DNA of 64,000 nucleotides from Octopus vulgaris (lineage: Eukaryota): contig OX597821.1 of the NCBI GenBank assembly GCA_951406725.2, positions 89,838,001 to 89,902,000 of the forward strand, read 5' to 3'. Positions 40,857 to 52,745 of this stretch are shown one piece after another. The position numbers and the translations under genes were made by a program. The number at the start of each line of letters is the position of its first letter. The stretch's first letter is position 1. The notes below the pieces were generated by a model, which saw nothing but the letters and a program-made list of their open reading frames with translations, searched no databases and had not been told where the DNA came from.

Positions 40857-41040
40857 GGGTGGTGGCGATCCCTGCTGTACTCTTTTGCCACAACTTTCTC
40901 TCACTCCTTCTTCTGTTGGCCTGCTCGCTTAGCCAGCGAGGTGGCATCATTTGAAGGCTAAAAAACAATGCAAAGCGCATTGTGACCAGCGATGTGTAGC
41001 AACATCTGATAGCCTGGTCGGTCACGGTGATCATGGTGAT
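40857..41040 (+). mobile_element. SINE fragment related to family F
   Basis: Shares middle segment with 8400-8470 but has a different 3' part ending GGTCACGGTGA. Confidence 0.5.
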
Positions 41041-41344
41041 GTATGTATATATGTATGTTTGTATGTATGTATGTGTACATGTAAGTATGCATGTATGTAC
41101 GTATGTATGTATGCACGAAAGAATATGCATATGTGTAGATGCGTATGCATGTGGGCATGCCTATATACATGTACATATGTACTATGTATGTATGTAGGTA
41201 TTTCGGTATGTAAGTGTGTAGACATGTCTGTGTGTGTATATGTGTATGTACATGTGAACGTATGTTTATGTACTGATATGTGTGTCTGTTCAAGCTGTAT
41301 ATATGACTGTTACTCTGTCGAAGGTTGCATATATATATACATCT

Positions 41345-41753
41345 TTTACTCATTTACTTGTTTCAGTCATTTGACTGCGGCCATGCTGGAGCACCGCCTT
41401 TAATCGAGCAACTCAACCCCTGGACTTATTCTTTGTAAGCCCAGTATTTATTCTAACGGTCTCTTTTGCCGAACCGCTAAGTGACGGGGACATAAACACA
41501 CCAGCATCGGTTGTCAAGCAATGCTAGGGGGACAAACACAGACACACAAACATACACGCACGCACACATATATATATATATATACATATATACGACGGGC
41601 TTCTTTCAGTTTCCGTCTACCAAATCCACTCACAAGGCTTTGGTCAGCCCGAGGCTATAGTAGAAGACACTTTCCCAAGGTGCCACGCAGTGGGACTGAA
41701 CACAGAACCATGTGGTTGGTAAACAAGCTATTTACCACACAGCCACTCCTGCG

Positions 41754-41757
<4 letters not shown>
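41345..41757 (-). mobile_element. SINE family A copy
   Basis: Reverse complement of family A. Confidence 0.9.
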
Positions 41758-41796
<39 letters not shown>

Positions 41797-43382
41797 ATGT
41801 AAGTGTGTATACACACACACATATTTAAAGTTATTTGACAAAATGTATTAAAACGAATCTGATGCTGGTAGCTGCAAAATTGCTTCATAAAACTACTGTT
41901 TTCAAACTATATACATTATGTAGTGTAATTTGCCAGAAAATAACTTGATACATAAATATATCTGTCCAACTATAAACTTTACTGATGAACAGGAGAATCT
42001 AAACCTGTTGATGACAGTCAACTCATGAGACATTTAAATTTAGTGAAGCATCATCAATATTCATCTTTCGTCATAATCAGAGGTAGTTAACCTGCCAAAG
42101 TTCATTAAGAGAAACTGCAAAAGAAATGTTCAGATCTTGAGAGATGAAACTAGAGTTATTGAAAATACATGAATGAAAGTGTACACAAACACACACACAT
42201 GTATACATGTATATATAAATACATATACATACCTGTGTATACTAAAAATGAACACATACATATATATATGTGTGTGTGTATATGAAAGTATGTATATGAA
42301 TAGTTTCTTTTCATCTCCTCCAGACAAAGATCTCCTCTGTAGCAAGACACCTGTGCTTGTCCCTCTAGATTACGAAAATATGATGGAGGAATAAACATTT
42401 CAGCATCTGGCATAAAGCCACCCACCGCCTCCTTAATAAATGATACTACTCTTAGTAGTGGGAGCTTTTTCCAATTTCTTCTTCTTTTTCTGTCTTGCAA
42501 GTTATATAGCAACCTTAATAAAGCTGGAAGCAAAAAAAAAAACAGCATCAAGTACCCCCTGTTAAATTATTGGCGTTAGGAAGGACCTCCAACCATACAA
42601 ACTATGCCAAAGTTGACGATGGAGTTGACCATAACCTTATAACTTGATGGATCCAGTTAAACTGATCATGCCATGTCAACATGGAATACAGTCCTTAAAT
42701 GAAGATGATTTTCCAAGGTGTGTTCAAAAAGCATCTGACTTTATTTTTTCTGCCAAAATTGTTGTCACGTGGGACAAAATCCTTTGGGCAGCAGGTCACG
42801 CCACTCTTCTTGTTCATGCATGAAAATATTCATGCCTGTAGGCACATCAGTTCGCAGCTGTTATACCTAGAGTAAAGATGTGTAGTGGACGCTCATTGAA
42901 TTCTTGTTTTTCCATGGGACCACCTGTCGTTTGAGAACTTTACCACATGTCTTAGTCTAACGAAACTCAACCTTTCAGTTTTCCATGATCATGTCATTCA
43001 CTCTACTTTGTTCTAGCATTGCCTCATTTCGAAAATGCTCTCACAACAATGTTCTTACATGGATCTTTTCATGGACCTTTGCATCATAGCTAATTGATGC
43101 CCTTCTCTATTTGTAGTTGCCTATAAGAGGACAGGTAGGATGGCACTATTGAAAAGGGTGGCACATAGATTCTTGTCCACATTTTCTTTGAGCACATCTT
43201 TAATTGCGATAAAATGTATTTCCTCTTGCCCCTATTCTCTTCACAATTTCAGGATCCATGTCTTGAACCTCAAGCTATGTATGCCACAAGTCTACATACT
43301 CAATAACTGTCTCAATTTTATTTCTCACCTCTCACTCATTCTTGTGCTACATTTATGAACTGCCCCCTCACGTATATATAAG

Positions 43383-43419
<37 letters not shown>

Positions 43420-43459
43420 ACTTGCATACATATACATACTACGTATATATGTATATATA

Positions 43460-43629
43460 TATGTCTTCTCTTCTCTGGATCTTTCCTTTTCCCATGTTTC
43501 TGACGAAGAGCTCCGCTCGAAACGTTAAACTCTCCTTCTTCTCTTCCTTTCTGAGCGTCCAATAATACTATATTTGTTCCACGTCCTTGCGTTGTTGTGT
43601 TTTCTCTTTGTGTTTTAATGTTTGGATTA

Positions 43630-43635
<6 letters not shown>
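43460..43635 (+). mobile_element. PLE-type terminal repeat fragment, family P1
   Basis: Homologous to 36408-36580; ends in (TA)n. Confidence 0.7.
43496..43530 (+). ncRNA. Intact minimal type I hammerhead ribozyme motif
   Basis: GUUU-CUGACGA-A-GAGC-ucc-GCUC-GAAA-CGUU-AAAC: canonical core, stem I GUUU/AAAC, stem II GAGC/GCUC, palindromic loopless stem III ACGU. Confidence 0.8.
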
Positions 43636-43665
<30 letters not shown>

Positions 43666-43673
<8 letters not shown>

Positions 43674-44304
43674 AATATAAGTGAGTTAACGTTAAGTGGT
43701 TAACTCTAGTGCTAGAAATAGCTCCTTATTCTGGTATAGCCACCGAAGTTGTTTTCACAGAAGAAATAATATTACCTTCAACGTAAGGGAAGCGAAATAC
43801 AACGAAAAGATAGATTAATGCTGAACAATTGTTTCTTTATCAACATAATATGCAATTATGCTCACATATTTGTCTATAAGTCATCGGCAGTATTTCTCCT
43901 CGATACAATTTATCAGACCCTCACGGGCGATAAATACCCATGCGGTCTGATCGATTGCATACATAGTTGTGGTTTAGCCTCCCGCCAAAAGCATGCTAAG
44001 ACTCAGTGGAAACCAATACCGCATACAATATTTGCTGCAGCATATTTAAGGGTCTGATAAATTGTATCGAGGACAAATGCTGCCGATGACTTATAGACAA
44101 ATATGTGAGTATAACTGCATATTATGTTGATAAAGAAACAATTGTTCAGCATTAATCTATCTTTTCGTTGTATTTCGCTTCCCTTACGTTGAAGGTAATG
44201 TTATTTCTTCTGTGGAAACAACTTCGGTGGCTATACCAGAATAAGGAGTTATTTCTAGCACTAGAGTTAACCACTTAACGTTAACTCTCTTATATTTATG
44301 TATA
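43666..44304. repeat. Long near-perfect inverted repeat (256-bp arms, 127-bp spacer); foldback/MITE-like
   Basis: 43666-43921 is the reverse complement of 44049-44304, with about 8 substitutions by eye and no net indel. Confidence 0.95.
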
Positions 44305-44429
44305 AATTTGTACTGTCTCCCTGGTTTATTATGTGCTAGGCCACTTGGTGTTAAACTGACGGTATTATTAAATTAATACCTAATTTTTCACCCTCATTTA
44401 TGAATGTATATATATATATACATATATAT

Positions 44430-44496
<67 letters not shown>

Positions 44497-45524
44497 AGTA
44501 GGTATGTATGTATGTATATACTTGCAAGACTATTGGTGTACAACTGTACATAGAAGGTCATTCAATTTCGTATACTCTAACCGATCTTTGTGCTCTATAA
44601 TTATATTTGCTTTCACTTTTCCTCCTTTCTTCATCTTCAATTTATTGTTCCATCAATACACATCATTTAATCCTAACATTGTATCTCTCAGCCTCCTTCC
44701 CCACCACTGTTTGTGGCACCAAACTTGGCATCGCACTTATAATATTTTGTTTTGTTTTGAGATAATGACATGATACATTGTACATTGTTTACCAGGAAAA
44801 TAACAAGACGATATACCACAGAACTTATGAATTATTTTCTTATAAAAATGAGTATGTAACCCCAATTTGTAGTTGACATATATAACCCCTACTAAAAATG
44901 AAAGGGCATGTGGATCTCAAATTCATTGTTTTTCTTTTTTTTTTCCTTACCAAGTAGGACTTCATTCAACTTAGACCTCTTCAAAGCTAAGAATGTCAAT
45001 TCTCTCTTTACCCCATGTCATTCCTTTGTCTCCACCTCTCCTAATCCTCCTCTCTTCTCCTCACTTATTATTCCTGTTTCTCTGTATATATGTTTCTCAG
45101 TAGCTAGAGTATATAAACTGAATGTATACAAATGGCAATAAGTGAATGAACAAGATCAGCTTATGTATCATTAGAAATGATTTTCATTTATCCTTTTACA
45201 GGTTTTCGCCTCAGAACAGTTCACATGGTATTCATGTTATCAATATCTGTTAAGGGAATAGCTATGATATGTTTTCTTAACTGAAAGAACTAAAATCTAT
45301 TTCTCGGACTTACACACATACATGCAAACAAATGAACTCATCATATATACATATCATCCAACCCATGCCTACATGGAAAATAGATATGAAATTATCTTGA
45401 TGATGATAATGATGATGATATATATGTATATGTATGATAGATTTTTTGCATAATCACTGTCAATCAAATTTCATTCACAAGGCATTTACTCAAAAGCTAT
45501 AAGAGAAGATAATTATCAAAGAGT

Positions 45525-46000
45525 AGGAGTGGCTGTGTGGTAAGTAGCTTGCTTACGAACCACATAGTTCCGGGTTCAGCCCCACTGCATGGCACCTTGG
45601 GCAAGTGTCTTCTACCATAGCCTTGGGCCAATCAAAGCCTTGTGAGTGGATTTGGTAGACAGAAATTGAAAGAAGCTCATCGTATATATGTATATATATA
45701 TTTCTTTACTACCCACAAGGGGCTAAACATAGAGGGGACAAACAAGGACAGATAAAGGGATTAAGTCGATTACATCGACCCCAGTGCATAACTGGTACTT
45801 ATTTAATCGACCCCGAATGGATGAAAGGCAAAGTCGACCTTGGCGGAATTTGAACTCAGAACGTAGCGGCAGATGAAATACCGCTTAGCATTTCGCCCGG
45901 TGTGCTAACGTTTCTGCCAGTTCGCTGCCTTATATATGTATATATATGTATGTGTGTGTGTATGTGTTTGTGTGTCTGTGTTTGTCCCCCACCCAACATC
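45525..46000 (+). mobile_element. SINE family A (5' part) with nested family B copy
   Basis: Family A head, then family B inserted in its (TA)(TG) tract. Confidence 0.85.
45701..45932 (-). mobile_element. SINE family B, full copy
   Basis: TTTCTTTACTACCCACAAGGGGCTAAAC...GAATTTGAACTCAGAAC...TTCTGCCAGTTCGCTGCCTT. Confidence 0.85.
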
Positions 46001-46606
46001 CAAAAAGATTGAGCCAAGAACCACATAGTGGTAAATCAAAGTTCGTCAACTTATGGAAGCACCTACTTTTTCATATCTACATATAAGAAATTAATACTGC
46101 ATTTATGTTGTAATAGAGATCGTAACCAGCCATGGACTGTTACACTATCTTGCACACAGATTTATGAACGTATTTTAAGAGGCATATATGAGCTTCACTT
46201 TTCCAAGAAAGTTTAGTCAATTTAAATGTCTCCATTTTTTCGTTGTTTCTTTATTTTCTCTGCTTAAGATGAACATGAGGAAGAATTAATCTTGTTGGGT
46301 ATGTACACAAAATATAAAAAGGCAAATTTTTAAATGGTTTAATCAGTGAAGAAGAAAGTATTTATATTTATGAAGTTGAGTGGTGAGGCAGGTCTGACAG
46401 TATGGACTGAGTGTGGGGGCACAACATAAAAATAATTTTTCCTTACTTGAGGACACAAAATGCTGCAGGCTCCAAGAATTGAATGCACAACCATATGATC
46501 ATGACGTAAATACCTTAACCATAAATACAAGTGCCTTCATTGGGAATTCTCAGACTGAGAGATTCTTCTCAAACAGGTATTATAAATATATTTTCGAAAT
46601 GTATTT

Positions 46607-46830
46607 CAAGGCAGAAATGTTAGCACACCGGGCGAAATGTTTAGCGGTATTTCGGCTGCCGTTACGTTGTGAGTTCAAATTATGCCGAGGTCGACTTTGT
46701 CTTTCATCCTTTCAGGGTCGATAAATTAAGTACCAGTCACGCACTGGGGACAATGTAATCGACTTAATATCTATGTCTGTCCTTGTTTATCCCCTCAATG
46801 TTTAGCCCCTTGTGGGTAATAAAGAAATAG
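46607..46830 (+). mobile_element. SINE family B copy with 18-bp flanking duplication
   Basis: AGGTATTATAAATATATT at 46575-46592 and 46829-46846. Confidence 0.85.
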
Positions 46831-47360
46831 GTATTATAAATATATTGTTCACAAGTGTGGTGGTGCATGAGAGGTTGTCTATATGATGGGCGTATCATTT
46901 CTAATTTTAAAAGTATTTACTTGAAGGTGGTGCTTTTAGAATGGTAGGTGTGTTTTACCTGAGAGGTGGATGTGGTTTGTAAGGCTGAGAGTTTGGTTTA
47001 GTGATTAGGATAATCAAATAGAAAAAAAAATTAGGCTGGAGAGGTTAAAATGTCAGCTTGTCGTATGTCGTGTGTATGAATGTGGAATAATGTTAATAGA
47101 CCTGGTATTGAATGTTGTTAATGAAAGCAATAATTATTGATGCATATAAAATTGGTTTTTTGTTTTTATATCTACACACCAGAGGTGAGATATTAAGTTG
47201 TTTTGTGAAGGCAAAGTTCAGTTTTGGAATTAAATGTTTTCAGCGGATAATTTAGGTTAGGAAACTAAGAACTGGGTGTTAGGAGGAAACAAGGCAAGGA
47301 TTGGGAATACTGCTGTATCAAAATGGTAATTACTGTAAGGAAACATATAAATATATGTAC

Positions 47361-47560
47361 AGGAATGGTTGTGTGGTAAGAAGTTTGATCTCAAATCACA
47401 TTGTCCTGGGTTCAGTTCCACTGCACGAAGCATTGGACAAGTGTCTTTTACTTTTGCCCTTGGCCAATGAAGCTGTGTAAGTGGGTTTGATTGACAGAAA
47501 GTAAAAGAAGCCATATGTATGCACGTGTGTGTGTGTGTATGTGTATATGTGTGTTTGTGT
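47361..47560 (+). mobile_element. Degenerate SINE family A 5' half
   Basis: AGGAATGGTTGTGTGGTAAG...GGTTCAGTTCCACTGCA. Confidence 0.7.
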
Positions 47561-47825
47561 ACTTACTTGTACTTGTACTTGAGGCGACATTCACCCTGGG
47601 CTGGTTGAGTCGGCTTCTTCTACCACCCTCGAGGCATCTCGAACCATGGCAGCCCATGCACAATGTTCCTGCACCAGTTCACTGGAGATAGCAAGCCTGT
47701 CACGGTTCCATCGGTGCAGGCCGACCACCTGCAGTCCCGTGAGCACGGAGAGGTCCTCCTTGATCGTCATAACTCTGGTCTTTAGCTGCCCACCTGCAGG
47801 TTTCCGCCAGTTGGGAAGTTGGGAA
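47560..47825 (-). mobile_element. RTE-derived retroposon related to 38528-38905
   Basis: ACTTGTACTTG-GGCGACATTC-CCCT...GAGTCGGCTTCTTCTACCACCCTC-AGGCATCTC-AACCATGGCAG shared. Confidence 0.65.
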
Positions 47826-48329
47826 GTATTTGTGCATGTGTGTGTATGTGTAGTAAGGAATTAGTAATAATGGTACACCCCTCCCACGTGACCAATTGGA
47901 TAACCTAGTCACTATAAGTAAAGATAAGTAGGTGAAGTATGGTGAGTACGTAGTAGGTGGTCAGAAATAGTCATATCTTTATTGGTTTTACTAAATATAC
48001 TTTATACTGAAGTGGATGTTATAATGATCCAATATTATAAGGATATAACAGTGGAAGATGATGATTTAAACGACCCATGAGGAATTAATAACCTCGTTGA
48101 GGATTTAAACAGCTTATGTGGAGTTAATAGAAACTTGAAGAGAAGGTAATTAACTCACAAAGTTGGGGTATGAATTTTATGAAAAATCATAAAAGTATGG
48201 AAAATTTGTTGGCAGGTTTGCTTGTGTGTCAAAAATGGCAACAACAGCTGAGAGAACAACAACAACAGCATATGCAAACTGCAAAAACAACAACAGAAGC
48301 AACAACAACAACAACAACAACGTTCTTTA

Positions 48330-48733
48330 TTCTTTTACTTTATTTCTTTACTTGTTTCAGTCATTTGACTGTGGCCATGCTGGAGCACCGCCTTTAATTG
48401 AATCAAATCGACCCCAGGACTTATTCTTTGTAAGCCTAATACTTATTCTATCGGTCTCTTTTGCTGAAATGCTAAGTTATGAGGACGTAAACACACCAGC
48501 ATCAGTTGTTAAGCGATGTTGGGGGGGGGGGCACACACAGATACACAACACACACACACATATATATACTATGGGCTTCTTTCAGTTTCTCTCTACCAAA
48601 TCCACTCACAAGACTTTGGTTGGCCCGAGGCTATAGTAGAAGACACTTGCCCAAGGTGCCACGCAGTGGGAATGAATCTGTAACCATGTGGTTGGTAAGC
48701 AAGCTACGTACTACACAGCCACTCTTGTGCCTA
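48330..48733 (-). mobile_element. SINE family A copy inside Gypsy gag
   Basis: Reverse complement of family A. Confidence 0.85.
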
Positions 48734-49049
48734 AACAGAACATATAATATTACAGCAACAAATGCTGCAATTACTAAAGTTGTCAGGAAAGTCAGAAAAA
48801 GTGTTCCCATCAGATTGTCACGAGCTCCATTACAGAGTTCAAATATGAACCAGACAAAGGAGTTACCTTCGAAAAATTCTTCAGAAAATATGAGGAAATC
48901 TTCAATAAAGAATGTAAAGACTGGGAAGATGAGATGGAAGCACACTTAATGTTGAGAAAACTGGCAGCAACAGAACCTGAACAATACAGTAATTAAGTAC
49001 TCTCCCAAAAACCTTCAGACATAAACTTTAATGACACAATAAATAAATT

Positions 49050-49260
49050 CTTTTACTCTTTTACTTGTTTCAGTCATTTGACGGTGGCCATGCTGGAGCA
49101 CCGCCTTTAGTCGAGCAAATCGTCCCCAGGACTTATTCTTTGGAAGCCTAGTACTTATTCCATCGGTCTCTTTTGCCGAACTGCTTAGTTACGGGGACGT
49201 AAACACACCAGCATCTGTTGTCAAGCGATGTTGGGGGGACAAACACATACACACATGCAT

Positions 49261-49311
<51 letters not shown>

Positions 49312-49475
49312 GATGAGCTTCTTTCAGTTTCTGTCTACCAAATCCACTTACAAGGCTTTGGTCGGCCCAAGGCTATAGTAGAAGACATTTGCCCAAGGTG
49401 CCACACAGGGAGACTGAACCTTGAACCATGTGATTGGTAAGCAAACTTCTTACCACACAGTCACTCCTACGCCTA
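49050..49475 (-). mobile_element. SINE family A copy inside Gypsy element
   Basis: Reverse complement of family A. Confidence 0.88.
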
Positions 49476-49811
49476 AAAATAGGAGGTGGAGCAAATAAAA
49501 ACAATTATTGCTAAATAAAATGACACTTCGTAAGAAAAACTCAAAAGGGGAGATGTTTCAGGTACACCCCTCCTACATGACGAATGGAATAACCTAGTCA
49601 CTATAAGTAAAGAGAAGTATGTGGAGTACAAAGAATACGTAGTAGGCGCTCAGAGATAGTTGTCTTTACTGGTTTTACCCTATCTGTTTATCTGTATGTC
49701 TGTCTGTTTGTCTATCTGTCTATATATCTTCATGTGTATGTATGAATATATGCATGTATGTATTTATACATGTATATATATATATATATGCATGTATGTA
49801 TTTATACATGC

Positions 49812-49859
<48 letters not shown>

Positions 49860-50676
49860 TTAGCAGGATATTTAGTATTCATTTCAATTTGACTTAGGTT
49901 TGAAACAACCTAACAATGGAAAATATAAATTACTTAAGCAGTCATGGCATCACAAATTAACAGAGGGTATGATGAATAAATAAAGACTTACAAAGGGAGA
50001 AAGAATGAGTCAGAAGAAAGGTTGCAGAAGTAGGGAAGCTACATGGCAATTATGTCTTTGGAATAAAAGCTAAGAATAATAATTGGCAACTGGACACATG
50101 GCGCTACTTACTGGATGCAAGTTTCAGTCAGCCATGAAGAAAAGAACTGAGACAAATGGTAGAATAATACAAAATGTCTGAAATATAATGTCTACACTGA
50201 TAGACATTTTATGAGATGGTTTTTCTATATTTTCCCACAAAAGAATGTTTCTATATTTTTCTTTAATTGTTTTGAGATGAACATATGAAGAGGCTAATAC
50301 AAGGATGTAGTCAGATATCGTTTATTTTTCCATATAGGGCATCAAAGGGTGATGTATGATTGTAGGGTGTAGGTCAAAAAGCAAATTGGCATTAAACTAT
50401 CAATCTGGAAAACAAGTATGACAGCCTTCAAATAGATGTTCTAATATTTAACTGGGAGCAAGATAATAAAACACACAAGCATATATACATATATAAACAT
50501 ACAAACATACATAAATACTTAGACACGTACTTACAGAGAGAGAGAGGGAAAAAATATATATTCAGTGATGCCTATTTAAAATATGCATATATTTATGTAT
50601 ATGTTTACATATCTATGTTTCTACACACATGCACAAACACACACACACATACGTATATATATATATATATATGCAT

Positions 50677-50713
<37 letters not shown>

Positions 50714-51348
50714 CATATACACATATAAAATACGAAAGCACACATGCATATACGCATGCATAAATGTATGTGTATATATGTATATGTGTGTGTGAGTGTG
50801 CACATTGCTATATATACATACGTACACACAATTATATACCTACGTTTATGAGTAATTTATAGTGGATATTATTATACAGTATTAATATTTTATAGTTACT
50901 TTATTGTTATTAAACTGAATATAATCCTATGATATATATTGACCAAGTATCTTCTCATTTTGCCTGAAGTCAGCCAATGACTTCTGCATGGAATTGGTAG
51001 ACAGAAACTGCATAGAAGGACATCAAATATACTTATATATATATGTGTGTATATGTTTCTGTGTATAAACATACACACACTCATATATATATTTATGTAT
51101 GTATGTATGTATGTATGTATGCATGTATAAATATGTATATATTGCTGTTGAACCATAGCAAAATGAGTTTAATATTAACCTGAAGAATTATCCTATAGAT
51201 TTTGCAGAGCACTTATTTATTATACTTTTACAAGAAGAGAAGTGACAGTAACTTCGAAGCCATAGACATCCAACTTCTTGAAAAGTATGATATATATCCG
51301 TATGTATGTGTGTGTGTATTCATATGTATGTATGTACACAGTTATGAG

Positions 51349-51660
51349 GGCACATGGCTCAGTGATTAAAGCATTGGTTTTTACAATAATGAAATTCTGA
51401 GTTCAGTTCCCAGGCTTGTTGTTTTCTTGAGCAAGACACTTTATTTCACTTTCCTCCAATTCACTCAGCTTTAGAACTAGTTGCAATGTTACTGGTTCCA
51501 AGCTGTATTGGTCTCTGCCTTTCCTTTGGGCAACATTGGTTGTGTGGAGAGAGGAAACTGGCATGTATGGACAGCTGCTGACCTCCCACAAACAACCTTA
51601 TACAGACTTGCACCTTGGAGGGAAACATTCTAGGTGCAATACCCAAAGGAGGTCCTTTCT
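51349..51660 (+). mobile_element. tRNA-headed SINE family G
   Basis: GGCACATGGCTCAGTG..GAGTTCAGTTCC, CTTGAGCAAGACACTTTATTTCAC core; reverse-complement homolog at 63420-63680. Confidence 0.7.
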
Positions 51661-51721
51661 TTTAAATGCACATACTGACATAAGTACCTTTATATATGTT
51701 TATATAGTCGCTATGATAGAT

Positions 51722-51865
51722 CGGTAGCCACTACACATATTTTTTTCTCTCCTTGTTTTTTTTTTGTGTTCCTTTCTGTGGAAGACCTTAGGCTCCAAAC
51801 GTAAAAGACTTTTTCTATTCCTGAGCGTTATACTAATACATCTGTTTGTCTTATACACCACACAC
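51722..51865 (+). mobile_element. PLE-type terminal repeat family P2 (degenerate hammerhead 51772-51807)
   Basis: CUUU-CUGUGGA-A-GACC-uuag-GCUC-CAAACGUA-AAAG. Confidence 0.65.
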
Positions 51866-51892
51866 ATATAATATGTGTGTGCGTGTTAATAT

Positions 51893-52274
51893 ATACTCTT
51901 TTACTTGTTTCAGTCATTTGACTTCGGCCATGCTGGAGCACTGCCTTTAGTCGAACAAATCGACCCCGGTACTTATTCTTTGTAAGCCCAGTACTTATTC
52001 TAGCGGTCTCTTTTGCCGAACCGCTAAGTGACAGGGACGTAAACACACCACCATCGGTTGTCAAGCAATGCTAGGGGGACAAACACAGACACACAAACAT
52101 ATACATATATACGACAGGCTTCTTTCAGTTTCCGTCTACCAAATCCACTCACAAGGCATTGGTCGGCCCGAGGCTATAGCAGAAGACACTTGCCCAAGGT
52201 GCCACGCAGTGAGACTGAACCCAGAACCATGTGGTTGGTAAGCATGCTACTTACCACACAGCCACCTGCGCCTA
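51893..52274 (-). mobile_element. SINE family A copy
   Basis: Reverse complement of family A. Confidence 0.9.
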
Positions 52275-52297
52275 TGTGTATATATATGTATATATAT

Positions 52298-52476
52298 AAA
52301 GGGAAAGTTTACGAAAATAAACAAAAGACGAAGGCAGGTGGAGTACAAACAAATAAATGTATTAGTATAGCGCTCAGGAATAGAAATAGAAAAAGTCTTT
52401 TACGTTTCGAGCCTATGCTCTTCGACAGAAAGATACACAGAAAAGAAACAAGGAGAGAAAAAAATGTGTGTAATGG

Positions 52477-52478
<2 letters not shown>
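52298..52478 (-). mobile_element. PLE-type terminal repeat family P2
   Basis: Inverted homolog of 51722-51865, flanked by (TA)n. Confidence 0.7.
52397..52432 (-). ncRNA. Minimal type I hammerhead motif, A6U variant
   Basis: CUUU-CUGUCGA-A-GAGC-auag-GCUC-GAAA-CGUA-AAAG; all stems intact. Confidence 0.7.
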
Positions 52479-52522
<44 letters not shown>

Positions 52523-52539
52523 TTATGTGTATGTGTTTG

Positions 52540-52745
52540 TATCTGTGTTTGTGTCTGTGCTTGTCCCCCTACCACACCATTGCTTGACAACCAATGTTGG
52601 TCTGTTTACGTTCCTGTAACTAAGCAGTTCGGCATAAAATATGCACCAGGCTTACAAAGAATGGGTTGTGGGGTCGATTTTCTTCAACAAATAGGTGGTG
52701 CTCCAGCATGGCCACAGTCAAATAACTTACATAAGTAAAAGAATG
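52540..52745 (+). mobile_element. SINE family A 3' half, diverged
   Basis: TTGCTTGACAACC...GCTCCAGCATGGCCACAGTC...AAGTAAAAGA. Confidence 0.75.

Larger units (their letters stand above)
47849..49685 (+). mobile_element. Internally deleted Gypsy/Ty3 LTR retrotransposon (gag remnant only)
   Basis: 5' LTR TGT...ACA 47849-48050 followed by GTGG PBS-like site; gag MENLLAGLL..QQQ and FKYEPDKGVTFEKFFRKYEEIFNKECKDWEDE..LMLRKL; PPT AAAAGGGGAGA then 3' LTR from 49554 similar to the 5' LTR. Confidence 0.85.

Noticed and set aside
41975-42050. CUGAUGA followed by ACAGG/CCUGU hairpin
   Set aside because: No correctly placed GAAA or stem III
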